A stretch of 30,765 nt of DNA, from assembly GCA_964010765.1 (NCBI GenBank), contig CAXGMD010000041.1, positions 1-30,765 on the forward strand, in the 5' to 3' direction. Under the pieces are notes generated by a model. That model was not told where the DNA came from, did no database searches, and worked only from the letters and a program-made list of their open reading frames with translations. The stretch comes from an uncultured bacterium. GTDB taxonomy: Bacteria > SAR324 > NAC60-12. Position numbers and translations under genes: made by a program. Of this stretch, positions 1-8,435 are shown piece after piece; the stretch's first letter is position 1, and each line of letters starts with the position of its first letter.

Positions 1-266
1 ACCATCACGTTGCCGATTCCTACCCCCAAGTGTTCTGCAAGAGCGGCTCGCAGTTCGTAAAACTCCGGATCTCCATACATCCAAGCTTCATCAACTCTTG
101 CTTGCATAGCTTGAGATACCTTGGGTGAAGCACCGAAGACATTTTCATTTGCCCCAATTCGAGCCCGGAATGAGCTGCCCCGCAGACGCTCCTGAGTTTC
201 TGGTCCAACAAACGGGACGGTTGCGGGCAATCCCCGAACAAGCGGAGTTACTTGATAATTAGCCAT
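1..266 (-). CDS. PLP-dependent class I/II aminotransferase, HisC-like (N-terminal part; runs off the window edge)
   Basis: Not in the ORF track. Manual translation from the ATG at 266 gives MANYQVTPLVRGLPATVPFVGPETQERLRGSSFRARIGANENVFGASPKVSQAM...WMYGDPEFYELRAALAEHLGV. The 'GANEN.FG.SP' and 'YGDP...LR.ALA' segments are typical HisC-like N-terminal motifs. Confidence 0.85.
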   Translation of the reverse strand, partial: MANYQVTPLVRGLPATVPFVGPETQERLRGSSFRARIGANENVFGASPKVSQAMQARVDEAWMYGDPEFYELRAALAEHLGVGIGNVM

Positions 267-382
267 GAGGAAACCTGATCTAAACGATTTAGAAATTCTG
301 ATTACAAGTTTATTAAGGTTGATCTTTAGGGTGAAGAAGATGGAAAAGTTACCTGATAGATATTAACCATGAAAGGATATTG

Positions 383-1294
383 ATGGAACGAAAAGACCAT
401 ATCGATTTATTTGGCGGCAGTGTCCTCGTGATCTTCGCGATGGTGATGGGCTTGAACCAGGTGGTGATCAAGGTCGTCAATGAAGGGATGCAGCCTGTCT
501 TTCAAGCAGGATTACGCTCGCTGTTTGCTTTTTTTGTCGTTTGGGGTTGGGCTCTATGGAGGGGGAAGCGAATCAGTGTTACCGATGGCACTTTCAAGGC
601 AGGAGTCCTAACTGGCTGCTTGTTCTCGATTGAGTTCATTTTTCTCTTCCTGGCCTTGGACATGACGACTGTCGCCCGCAATTCGATCTTCTGGTACTCG
701 ATGCCCGTCTGGATGGCAATCGGAGCTCATTTCCTGATCGAGGGAGAACGGCTCAATGCCAAGAAGATTCTTGGACTGATCATCTCCATGGTGGGCCTTG
801 TTTGGGCTTTTTCCGATCGTGGACTAGACGGGGAATCAGGCAGCTTGCTTGGTGACATGATGAGCATTCTTGGCTCCATGTGTTGGGCTGGGATCGGGCT
901 TTCGGTTCGGGTGAGTAAGCTCAAAGAAGCGAGTATCGAAATGCAGCTTCTTTACAATCTCGCAGTTTCAGCGATTGTGTTGCTGCCCTTTTCTCTGCTC
1001 TTCGGTGACTGGATCCGAGACTTACAAACCATGCACGTCTTTATGCTCGGCTTTCAGGTTGTCATAGTCGTCGCTGGTGGTTTTCTTGTTTGGTTCTGGA
1101 TTCTCACCATTTACCCTGCTTCTAACATGGCCTCCTTTGGCTTTCTGACCCCTGCCTTTGGGGTGATCTTCAGTTGGCTCATCCTTGATGAAGCGATCAG
1201 TTTTACCATTCTGGGTGCACTGGTGCTGATCTCCGCTGGAATTGTCCTGATCAACTATAAGCCCAAAAAGCCTATCTCCAACGAGGATGCCTAA
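383..1294 (+). CDS. DMT superfamily / EamA transporter
   Basis: About 300 aa with about 10 hydrophobic segments in a duplicated EamA pattern (e.g. 'GERLNAKKILG', 'LTPAFGVIFSWLILDE'). AAGGA RBS lies upstream of ATG 383; TTG 380 is an alternative start. Confidence 0.92.
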   Translation: MERKDHIDLFGGSVLVIFAMVMGLNQVVIKVVNEGMQPVFQAGLRSLFAFFVVWGWALWRGKRISVTDGTFKAGVLTGCLFSIEFIFLFLALDMTTVARNSIFWYSMPVWMAIGAHFLIEGERLNAKKILGLIISMVGLVWAFSDRGLDGESGSLLGDMMSILGSMCWAGIGLSVRVSKLKEASIEMQLLYNLAVSAIVLLPFSLLFGDWIRDLQTMHVFMLGFQVVIVVAGGFLVWFWILTIYPASNMASFGFLTPAFGVIFSWLILDEAISFTILGALVLISAGIVLINYKPKKPISNEDA

Positions 1295-1351
1295 TTCCTA
1301 ACTGAGTTTCATCGAGAAGGTAGCCTAGAGGCTCGGAGTCGCAACCGTTTT

Positions 1352-2083
1352 TCATCTATGGATTTTTTCGAGGAATACTGGAACTGGCTTTTGAGCGTCA
1401 GCGTCAGCAAGAGCTTTTGACAACAATCGGCTGAAGCGGAGGGGCAGGGGGAAGCAGAGAACGGATATCTGCAAATGGGTGAATGGGATCATGGCGAAGG
1501 CCTCAGCAAAGCCACCCAGTTGACCGCACTGGGCTGAACGGAAATGCCCTTGAACTCGGGACATTTCGACAAAGTGCTCTGGCCGCTGGCTGTTGTGACA
1601 GAGAATGGCCCGCTCCTTCAAATCCTGAAAAGGTGTGATATCGACGTAGTAGTTGGGTAGAAAATCATTACCCATCATTGGATCCACCCAAAGTACAGGA
1701 GCTCGAAAACTTGCAGCAATGAGTGCTCCAGCAGAGACTGCTCGATGATCGGCGTGATAGTCATTGGGAGCATGCGCTACCAACAGATCTGGTTTGAGGC
1801 GCACCACCTCAGCCGTCAACCTTGAAGCAAATTCTTCAGACTGAGCGAGTTCACCATCTGGAAAATTCAACTGAATCAGGTTGGCGTCCAAGACTTCGGC
1901 AGCAGCGGTTGCCTCCGTGGCGCGCAGCTGTGCAAGTTTTTCGGGATCAAAATTTCCTCCCCTGGCACCATCGGTTGCGATCATGATCGTTACCTCGGAA
2001 CCCATGGATCGCCAAGCCGCTACCGAACCCCCACAATAGATATCGGCATCATCTGGATGCGCCACGATCAGGGCAATGTGCAT
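1352..2083 (-). CDS. PIG-L/LmbE-family N-acetyl-sugar deacetylase, probably frameshifted near its 3' end
   Basis: Zn-binding motifs AHPDD and HADH, plus 'ATDGARGG', 'LNFPDG' and 'HNSQ'. The true start is probably ATG 2083, 1 nt after the GH63 stop. After 'AEAF' an alternative frame gives a more family-like tail ending at 1404. Confidence 0.88.
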   Translation of the reverse strand: MHIALIVAHPDDADIYCGGSVAAWRSMGSEVTIMIATDGARGGNFDPEKLAQLRATEATAAAEVLDANLIQLNFPDGELAQSEEFASRLTAEVVRLKPDLLVAHAPNDYHADHRAVSAGALIAASFRAPVLWVDPMMGNDFLPNYYVDITPFQDLKERAILCHNSQRPEHFVEMSRVQGHFRSAQCGQLGGFAEAFAMIPFTHLQISVLCFPLPLRFSRLLSKALADADAQKPVPVFLEKIHR

Positions 2084-2084
2084 G

Positions 2085-3368
2085 TTACTGATCTTGAAGA
2101 AATTCCAGCACCATTGCAGCGGTCCAAGTGAACCGTCCCCCTCCACAAGCTTCACCAGTTTTGGGGTCATAGTACTCGGCAAAACCGCTTGAACCAATCA
2201 ACTCCAGGGAATCGTCCACAATTTTTGTGCTGGACTCCTCTAAATCAGCGGCCTCCAAGCCATCATTGATCATATAGTTGATGATTAGCCAGACAGGCCC
2301 ACGCCAGTAACGTTTGGCATCAAACCGTACATCAGCTGGATCGTGACTAGGGATACTGAAGCGGCATCCTGCGGAAATTTGCTCGATGCGTTGAGCAATC
2401 GCTTGGGCCCGAATGTGGCGAATGGGAGCAAAAACTGCTAGGAGGCCTCCAATCGAAGTACTCTCAATCAGTTGCCCTGTCGTTCGATCCTGACAGAGAT
2501 ACTGCCGGTGCGGATCACTCCAAAGATTCTCCAAGGCATCTAATCCTCGACGAGCCCATGCATAGTTGCGCTGAGCGACATCATCCATTTCCAGTTCTTC
2601 TGCGAGAGCGGCCAAGTCAAAGCAGGAACGAATCAAGATCGCATTAAACCCTGGATCAACCACCTGAAAAGGAGAGGCCTCGTGCAGTTTGCTGTTGTCC
2701 CAGCCGAGTGAGCGAAAGTGTTCCACCAACCAGAGGTAGCGGTCGTACTGTGCCTTGGTGGGGCGATGTGCTGGATTAGCGTGCTCAGTATCGCGGCGAA
2801 CGTAGTCAGTGATGCCTTCGGTTGGTACTCGCTCAAAAGCTTCGTCCCAGTCAATCGAGTTATCTCGTCCAGCTTCCCAAGGATGGATTATGGATACGAG
2901 TCCTTCCCCCTGTGGGTCTCGAGTTTCAAAAAACCAGGCATGCCATCGATCAACTGCGTCGACCAGGTCTTCGATACGTTCTTCAATTTCTTCCGGGTCG
3001 GCACAGCGTTGGTACAAACGCCTCAGGACAAAACCGGCAACAGGCGGTTGAGTAATGCCACTGGTAGGAACTGAACGGCCAGTAGACCAAACTTCTGGGC
3101 CAGGAAAATAGCCATCGTCTGGTTCATGAAAGACAATGTGTGGAACCATGCCGTCTGACCACTGGTGTTCAAACAGTGTTTCGATTTCGCGCCAGGCGCG
3201 ATCTTCGTCCAGATAGGTCCAGCCGAGGGCTGTCAGGCAACTGTCCCAATTCCATTGGAAGGGATACAAGCCTTTGGTGGGTATCGTGTAGCGTCCCTCG
3301 CGGTCGTTCTCATTGAGGATCTCTGCAGCAAGTTCACGAAGTTCTGCAGGTTTCATGGCCTCTTCCAT
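2085..3368 (-). CDS. GH63-like (MGH1-like) mannosyl/glucosylglycerate hydrolase family glycosidase
   Basis: Motifs 'YPFQWNWDS', 'GMVPHIVF', 'SGITQPPV', 'HPWEAGRDNS', 'YWRGPVW', 'GFAEYYDP' and 'FTWTAA'. AAGGA RBS before ATG 3368. Confidence 0.9.
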   Translation of the reverse strand: MEEAMKPAELRELAAEILNENDREGRYTIPTKGLYPFQWNWDSCLTALGWTYLDEDRAWREIETLFEHQWSDGMVPHIVFHEPDDGYFPGPEVWSTGRSVPTSGITQPPVAGFVLRRLYQRCADPEEIEERIEDLVDAVDRWHAWFFETRDPQGEGLVSIIHPWEAGRDNSIDWDEAFERVPTEGITDYVRRDTEHANPAHRPTKAQYDRYLWLVEHFRSLGWDNSKLHEASPFQVVDPGFNAILIRSCFDLAALAEELEMDDVAQRNYAWARRGLDALENLWSDPHRQYLCQDRTTGQLIESTSIGGLLAVFAPIRHIRAQAIAQRIEQISAGCRFSIPSHDPADVRFDAKRYWRGPVWLIINYMINDGLEAADLEESSTKIVDDSLELIGSSGFAEYYDPKTGEACGGGRFTWTAAMVLEFLQDQ

Positions 3369-3510
3369 TATTTCCTTTCAAGTTGAGGCAAGTGGTAATT
3401 GACGTCTATGATGAATTTTCGTGATCGAACAACATCAATTTAGATTCCAAATTACTGGCAAATCCAGCTAAAGTTTCCATCTCTCTCTAAAAAAATTCAC
3501 TAAAAAGGCC

Positions 3511-4146
3511 ATGGCACCCAGAATTGAACTCAAAAAATTACAGGAATTGATTCAGCAACGAAGCTCACAGGGAAGAATCCTGGTGGCATTGGCTGGGCCT
3601 CCCGGTTCTGGTAAATCCACTCTGGCTGATGAACTGGAATCCGCTCTGAATCAGGAACAGTCTGAGCAAGCGATGATTTTGCCAATGGATGGATTTCATT
3701 ATGATGATCTGTACCTGGTGCCAGCAGGTTTAAGGCCACGCAAAGGGGCTCCGCAGACCTTTGATGTGTGGGGGTTTTATCACATTTTACGACGTTTGCG
3801 CGAGAGGCAGGAAGAGTTCGTGGCAGTGCCGGTTTTTGATCGAGATTTGGAGATTGCCCGAGCTGGAGCTCGTTTGATTCCTGCAAAAGTACCAGTGATC
3901 TTGGTGGAGGGTAACTATCTACTACTTCAGCAGGAGCCATGGTCACAACTGAGGTTGTTGTTCGATGTGGCCGTTCTGCTCGAGGTGCCGGAAGCGGTGC
4001 TTGGAGAACGACTGACTGCACGCTGGCAGCATTATGAGTTGCCCTCAGAGGAAATTGCTGCGAAGGTGAATGAGAACGACCTACCGAACGGGCGTTACGT
4101 TATGGCTGAAAGTGGCGGAGAAGACTATCGCCTGAAGAGCGGATGA
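3511..4146 (+). CDS. FrcK/YggC-like P-loop kinase (uridine/pantothenate kinase fold; putative sugar kinase)
   Basis: Walker A GPPGSGKST, plus 'PMDGFH', 'RKGAPQTFD', 'VPVFDR', 'VEGNYLLL' and 'NDLPN'. Confidence 0.88.
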   Translation: MAPRIELKKLQELIQQRSSQGRILVALAGPPGSGKSTLADELESALNQEQSEQAMILPMDGFHYDDLYLVPAGLRPRKGAPQTFDVWGFYHILRRLRERQEEFVAVPVFDRDLEIARAGARLIPAKVPVILVEGNYLLLQQEPWSQLRLLFDVAVLLEVPEAVLGERLTARWQHYELPSEEIAAKVNENDLPNGRYVMAESGGEDYRLKSG

Positions 4147-4221
4147 ACGCTTCCCTCCTGATATTTTCCTCCTGAATTCCGTTTTTCGCAGACCCTCATC
4201 CGATTGATCCTCTTGATTTGA

Positions 4222-5160
4222 ATGGTGATCAATTCGTCTGCTTCACCGAGTATCCTGTTGATTCTGGTACACTATTGGACCGAGGCGCGCCCTGTCTATA
4301 AGGGCATTTTGCTAATGATTCTGGCGAGTTTTGCCTTCAGCTGTATGGACACCATCGCCAAGATGATGAGCGCGCATTATGATCCCTTTCAGGTGGTCTG
4401 GGCTCGTTATTGTAGTCAGAGTTTTTGGTCCCTGGTAGTCCTTGCGCCCTTTTTAGCACGCTTGCTGAAGACCCGGTATCTCAGGCTACAGATTCTGAGA
4501 TCAGGGCTGTTGTTTGGCGCAACATTAGCCTTTTTCTCAGCGCTACCCTATCTGAAGTTGGCTGAACTGTTTGCCATCTTTGAGGTAGCTCCGCTGCTGA
4601 TCACCTGCCTCTCCTTTCTGATTCTCAAGGAAAAAGTCAGCTGGCCACGTTGGGTGGGCGTCACCATCGGTCTGCTCGGAGCATTAATCATCATTCGCCC
4701 AGGTACGGAGGTCTTTACTCCCTACGCACTGCTACCGATCGTGGCAGCGAGCTGTTTTGCCGGCTACTCGATTACGACACGTTTTCTAGGATCAGAAGAG
4801 TCGCCTTGGACAAATTTTCTCTACACTGCTCTGATTGGAACAGTCATCGCCTCGGTACTGGTAATTCCAAAGTGGCAACCGATTGCGATGGAGGATCTGC
4901 CGATTCTGTCCAGTTTTGGAATCATTGGGGGAATCGGGCATCTGATGCTAATCTTTGCCCTGCGCTACACTCAGGCCTCGATCTTGGCACCTTTCTCTTA
5001 TTTTGGCTTGTTGTACAGCAGTTTCTGGGGATTTTATGTTTTTGATGAGTTACCTGATATCTTCACTTATCTTGGCGCCTTTGTGATCGTCGCTTCGGGT
5101 ATTTTTGTCTGGTATCGAGAGAACAGGAAAACCGTAGTTGCGGTGATGCAGGAGGGCTAG
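4222..5160 (+). CDS. DMT superfamily / EamA (RarD/PecM-like) transporter; start codon uncertain
   Basis: Multiple TM helices with 'LKEKVSWPRW', 'GALIIIRPG' and 'ASILAPFSY'. The family-like sequence begins around 'TEARPVYKGILLM'. Confidence 0.88.
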   Translation: MVINSSASPSILLILVHYWTEARPVYKGILLMILASFAFSCMDTIAKMMSAHYDPFQVVWARYCSQSFWSLVVLAPFLARLLKTRYLRLQILRSGLLFGATLAFFSALPYLKLAELFAIFEVAPLLITCLSFLILKEKVSWPRWVGVTIGLLGALIIIRPGTEVFTPYALLPIVAASCFAGYSITTRFLGSEESPWTNFLYTALIGTVIASVLVIPKWQPIAMEDLPILSSFGIIGGIGHLMLIFALRYTQASILAPFSYFGLLYSSFWGFYVFDELPDIFTYLGAFVIVASGIFVWYRENRKTVVAVMQEG

Positions 5161-6140
5161 GTTCTCGTTAGAAAATCTTCGGCTAGCACCAAGGTCCCAG
5201 CTGTGTACGTTTCGATCACATCCTGTGCTGTTGGCGTCTCAGAGTGACTACCAATCCAAGCGGTTAGTAATAACCGGCGAAGCATCACAAAAGTGGGAAG
5301 CATCCGCGCGTCTTCTTCGCTAAATGGGGCAACGCTTCGGTAGCCTTGAATCCAAGAATCTTCCAATTCAGCAATAATGGGTTCATGTTCGAAGAAACTA
5401 ACGGCAGCCGCGAAATCATAACCAAACCAGCCAAAACCACAGTCATCAAAATCAATAATCCCCAAGCTTTCTCCTTCGACGAGGAGGTTTGCGAGCCGTA
5501 GGTCGGCGTGGATCAATCCGAATCGGTCTGGTCCCTCGCCAAACACATTGAGTTGACGTTTCAATTCCAGGCAGGTTCTTTCCAACAACTGTTCCCCATC
5601 CTTTGTCAATTTTGGTGCATCTCGCCAGTCTCCCCAGTGAGGCTTTGGACCGACTGTAGTGTCAAAATTCCAAATCTTGCGGACAAAGGAAGATGGTCGC
5701 TTCCAAGTTCGAACATGTTGATGTAGTCGGGCGCTGATGGCTCCTAGTTGCTCAAAGCCACTGTTCAGATTTTCTGTTGGAGAAGGCTCAACTCCGGTCA
5801 TAAAAGCGAAAGCCGCCACGAAACGTTGCTCTCCCTGCATTTCGAAGCTGGTCAGATGTTTGCCATTTTTGACTACAAGAGGTTCTGGGGTTTCGACAAT
5901 CCCCTCTTGACGCAAGGCTACGATCCAATCCAGCTCGGACTCGATTTCTTTTTGGCTATGGTAGCCGGGTCGATGAACCCGGAGCACGATCTGGCGTCCA
6001 GTTTCTGGCTCTTCTGCACGAAAAGTTGCATTCTCCGAGATGGTCAGCAATTCAACGTTGGTTTGGGGATCCAGCCCCCATTCATCGAGTAACCCAATTG
6101 CTCCTTGCCGTAGTGTTTCGATCAATTGATCGTCATACAT
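5157..6140 (-). CDS. APH/choline-kinase-fold phosphotransferase, amino-alcohol kinase / type II homoserine kinase-like
   Basis: 'SENATF', 'LRVHRPGYH', Brenner motif 'HADLRLANLL' and 'IIDFDDCGFGW'. The likely start is ATG 6140 (MYDDQL). Its stop overlaps the convergent EamA stop (CTAG 5157-5160). Confidence 0.9.
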   Translation of the reverse strand: MYDDQLIETLRQGAIGLLDEWGLDPQTNVELLTISENATFRAEEPETGRQIVLRVHRPGYHSQKEIESELDWIVALRQEGIVETPEPLVVKNGKHLTSFEMQGEQRFVAAFAFMTGVEPSPTENLNSGFEQLGAISARLHQHVRTWKRPSSFVRKIWNFDTTVGPKPHWGDWRDAPKLTKDGEQLLERTCLELKRQLNVFGEGPDRFGLIHADLRLANLLVEGESLGIIDFDDCGFGWFGYDFAAAVSFFEHEPIIAELEDSWIQGYRSVAPFSEEDARMLPTFVMLRRLLLTAWIGSHSETPTAQDVIETYTAGTLVLAEDFLTRT

Positions 6141-6165
6141 TCCTGCCACCGCGAACACTTTGTAT

Positions 6166-6194
6166 GAAAAAGGGGATCAGAGCGCATCCCTTCT
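6166..6194 (-). terminator. Possible weak intrinsic terminator/attenuator between the ARH gene and the kinase
   Basis: The minus strand reads GAAGGGAT-GCGCTCTG-ATCCCC-TTTTT just after the ARH stop: a 5-bp GGGAT/ATCCC core followed by a T run. Confidence 0.4.
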
Positions 6195-6197
6195 CAG

Positions 6198-7259
6198 TCA
6201 ATGGATAGATTCAATGAAATGCTCGATTTCTTCCAGAATCGTGGTACGGTCGTGAAGCTGTTCGATCCATCGGCTTGGGAAAACGCTTGTCCCCCCCGCA
6301 GCTCCGAGAAGTGCTCCAAGGATGGCTCCACGATGGCAGTTGTCCCCCCCAGTTTCTGTGTTGGCGATCAAGGCCTGCTCTGCATCATTTTCATACTTGG
6401 CTAGTAGATAAAGTACGGAAGGAACAGAGTGCTCGATGTAGCACGCAGGACTGAAAATTGGGCCGATGACTTCCTGGTCCTGCCAGTTTTGACGATCCGC
6501 TTCTTCGAGCAATTTGGGCAAGCGAAGTCCGAGTGGTTGAGTGGCTTCCAGCGTCTGGTCCCGAAGGTTAGCTGAGTGCTCTTGCTGAAGCAGTGTGTGT
6601 AACAGCTCCATTACAGGTTCTGCGTAGTGTTCCAGCTTTGGAGATCGATGAGTCAGTCGAAGTTGAGTGCGAATTGTCAACCAATCTCCCATTGATTTGA
6701 CGAGAACCGGAGGAAGCAGAACTAGACCTCCAACAGACGCCGTGTTGTGATCCTCAACACCAGCACATTCTTCAGCCGGTTTGCCCTTGGCCCAATTGGC
6801 GAAGAAATCTCGATGAAAAGACTCAGCATAGGTGTCCTGATGAGTGCCCGCAGTAGTCATGAAATCAATGTAGGCCGTCAAAAATCTATCTGCTGAGTAA
6901 TCAGGAAGAGAACTACGCAATAAGACCCGCAGACACTGCAGGTTCAGGGTGTTTTCTCCGGCTCTAAGAGCATGGTGGTAGTGAAGCTTGGGTTTAGCCC
7001 AGAATTCCTTGCGTCCTTTGAGGATCACGTCTCCCACGATGCTGCCTTGCTGTTTGCCACGACCATGACCTCCTGTGTTGGAGAGGTGCAGCAGAGAATT
7101 CGGATGAAATTCCTTGGGCGCCTCCATGTTACAGATCGGACCGTAGTCTTGTTGAAGGGCTTTGGTGTCGTAGTACCAATGAACGGGCATGGCGAGGGCA
7201 TCCCCGATAAACATCCCGAGGAGCATTCCCCGAATTTTCTCTGGTTGGTAAATAGTCAT
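6198..7259 (-). CDS. ADP-ribosylglycohydrolase (ARH/DraG)-fold protein with non-canonical active site
   Basis: N-terminal 'GMLLGMFIGDALAMPVHWYYD' and C-terminal 'EQALIANTETGGDNCHRGAILGALLGA...FPSRW' follow the ARH layout. Confidence 0.85.
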   Translation of the reverse strand: MTIYQPEKIRGMLLGMFIGDALAMPVHWYYDTKALQQDYGPICNMEAPKEFHPNSLLHLSNTGGHGRGKQQGSIVGDVILKGRKEFWAKPKLHYHHALRAGENTLNLQCLRVLLRSSLPDYSADRFLTAYIDFMTTAGTHQDTYAESFHRDFFANWAKGKPAEECAGVEDHNTASVGGLVLLPPVLVKSMGDWLTIRTQLRLTHRSPKLEHYAEPVMELLHTLLQQEHSANLRDQTLEATQPLGLRLPKLLEEADRQNWQDQEVIGPIFSPACYIEHSVPSVLYLLAKYENDAEQALIANTETGGDNCHRGAILGALLGAAGGTSVFPSRWIEQLHDRTTILEEIEHFIESIH

Positions 7260-7279
7260 TCTGATGTCTCAATAGCGGG

Positions 7280-7410
7280 TTTTTTCAATTTTAGAAAGAA
7301 ATAACGATTAAAAATTAGTCAATAATTTATTTTTTAAATAATTTAATCAAAATTATTTTTAAATTTTCACAGAAAAATTCTTCTTATGAATATAATTTAA
7401 TCAATATGAT
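7280..7410. promoter_or_regulatory. Very AT-rich divergent promoter region with a 13-bp direct repeat
   Basis: Almost entirely A/T, lying between the divergent ARH and dpp genes. ATAATTTAATCAA occurs at 7338-7350 and 7392-7404. Confidence 0.6.
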
Positions 7411-7583
7411 CTTGCACTCGGCTTGATTTCCCTAAATGATAGAAACGAGACTCTCTTCAAATGAAGCATGCCCATTCTCAATAAGCCATACGCTTTCCTT
7501 AGAAAGCATCATTCGATGATTATTGCCTTTCCGGCAGTCTACAAAAAAGTAACAGGTTACACCTTCCCAAGGCTGGCGACTAT

Positions 7584-8435
7584 ATGTTGAACATTTTTGG
7601 CCAGCTTTTTAATCGGCCTAGCGCTGTGTTTGGGATCGCTGTGATCCTGTTGATGCTGTTCGCAGCAGCCTTTGCCCCTTGGCTGATGCCTCATGATCCC
7701 TTTGAACAAAGTTTTGATGGATTGACGCTGATGGGCGAGCCCCTTCCTCCAGGTGGTGAATTCCCATTGGGTACGGACCTACTTGGACGAGATCTGGCCT
7801 CACGATTGATTTTAGGCACCAGAACTTCGCTCATCATTGGCGTATTGGCCAATGGAATTGCCGTAGTGATGGGCGCTTTTGTCGGGGTTCTAGCTGGCTA
7901 TTTTGGAGGTTGGTTGGGAATGGTGTTGATGCGCTTCACCGATCTTATGATGGCCTTTCCAGCTTTACTGCTGGCCATCGTGCTTGCGGCCATCTTCAAG
8001 CCGAGCCTGTTGATTGTGGCCTTGGTGATCGCAATGGTGAATTGGGTCCAGATGGCCCGGGTGGTTTACACCGAAGCTCGTTCCCTGGCCGAGAGAGAAT
8101 TCATTCAAGTACAGAAAGCGATTGGCTCGAGCCCATTTCGGATCCTGTTTCGCCACTTACTCCCACATTTGCTCTCTTCGATCATTGTATTTGGCACACT
8201 TGGAATCTCAACAACGGTCTTGCTGGAAGCAACCCTCAGCTTTCTAGGTGTTGGAGTTCAGCCACCCACTCCATCGTGGGGAAACATCATCTTTGAGAAC
8301 CAAACCTATTTCAACACAGCTCCCTGGTTGGTCTTTTTTCCAGGGGTCGCCATTCTCCTGTTGGCCCTGGCCTTCAATCTGGTTGGAGACGCTCTGCGGG
8401 ATATTCTAGATCCTACCTTGAAGGGCCGTCACTGA
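7584..8435 (+). CDS. dppC: Peptide/nickel ABC transporter permease (DppC-like)
   Basis: 'LGTDLLGRDLASRLILGTRTSL', EAA loop 'EREFIQVQKAIG' and 'EATLSFLGVGVQPPTPSWG'. Confidence 0.92.
   Translation: MLNIFGQLFNRPSAVFGIAVILLMLFAAAFAPWLMPHDPFEQSFDGLTLMGEPLPPGGEFPLGTDLLGRDLASRLILGTRTSLIIGVLANGIAVVMGAFVGVLAGYFGGWLGMVLMRFTDLMMAFPALLLAIVLAAIFKPSLLIVALVIAMVNWVQMARVVYTEARSLAEREFIQVQKAIGSSPFRILFRHLLPHLLSSIIVFGTLGISTTVLLEATLSFLGVGVQPPTPSWGNIIFENQTYFNTAPWLVFFPGVAILLLALAFNLVGDALRDILDPTLKGRH

Noticed and set aside
20..241. 73-aa minus-strand ORF in the track
   Set aside because: Wrong frame. The real gene is the HisC-like frame starting at 266.
2084..2197. N-terminal extension of the PIG-L ORF overlapping GH63
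   Set aside because: Family similarity begins at MHIALIVAHPDD (2083). The extension is just open frame inside GH63.
4222..4315. Possible damaged start of the second EamA (TTGGACC vs TTG-ACC) with an extended -10-like TGGTACACT upstream
   Set aside because: The frame is open and other starts are available. It cannot be distinguished from normal start ambiguity without homologs.
7480..7583. Purine riboswitch suggested by 'GTCTAC' and nearby stems
   Set aside because: The conserved loop-loop and junction sequences of the purine aptamer are absent.
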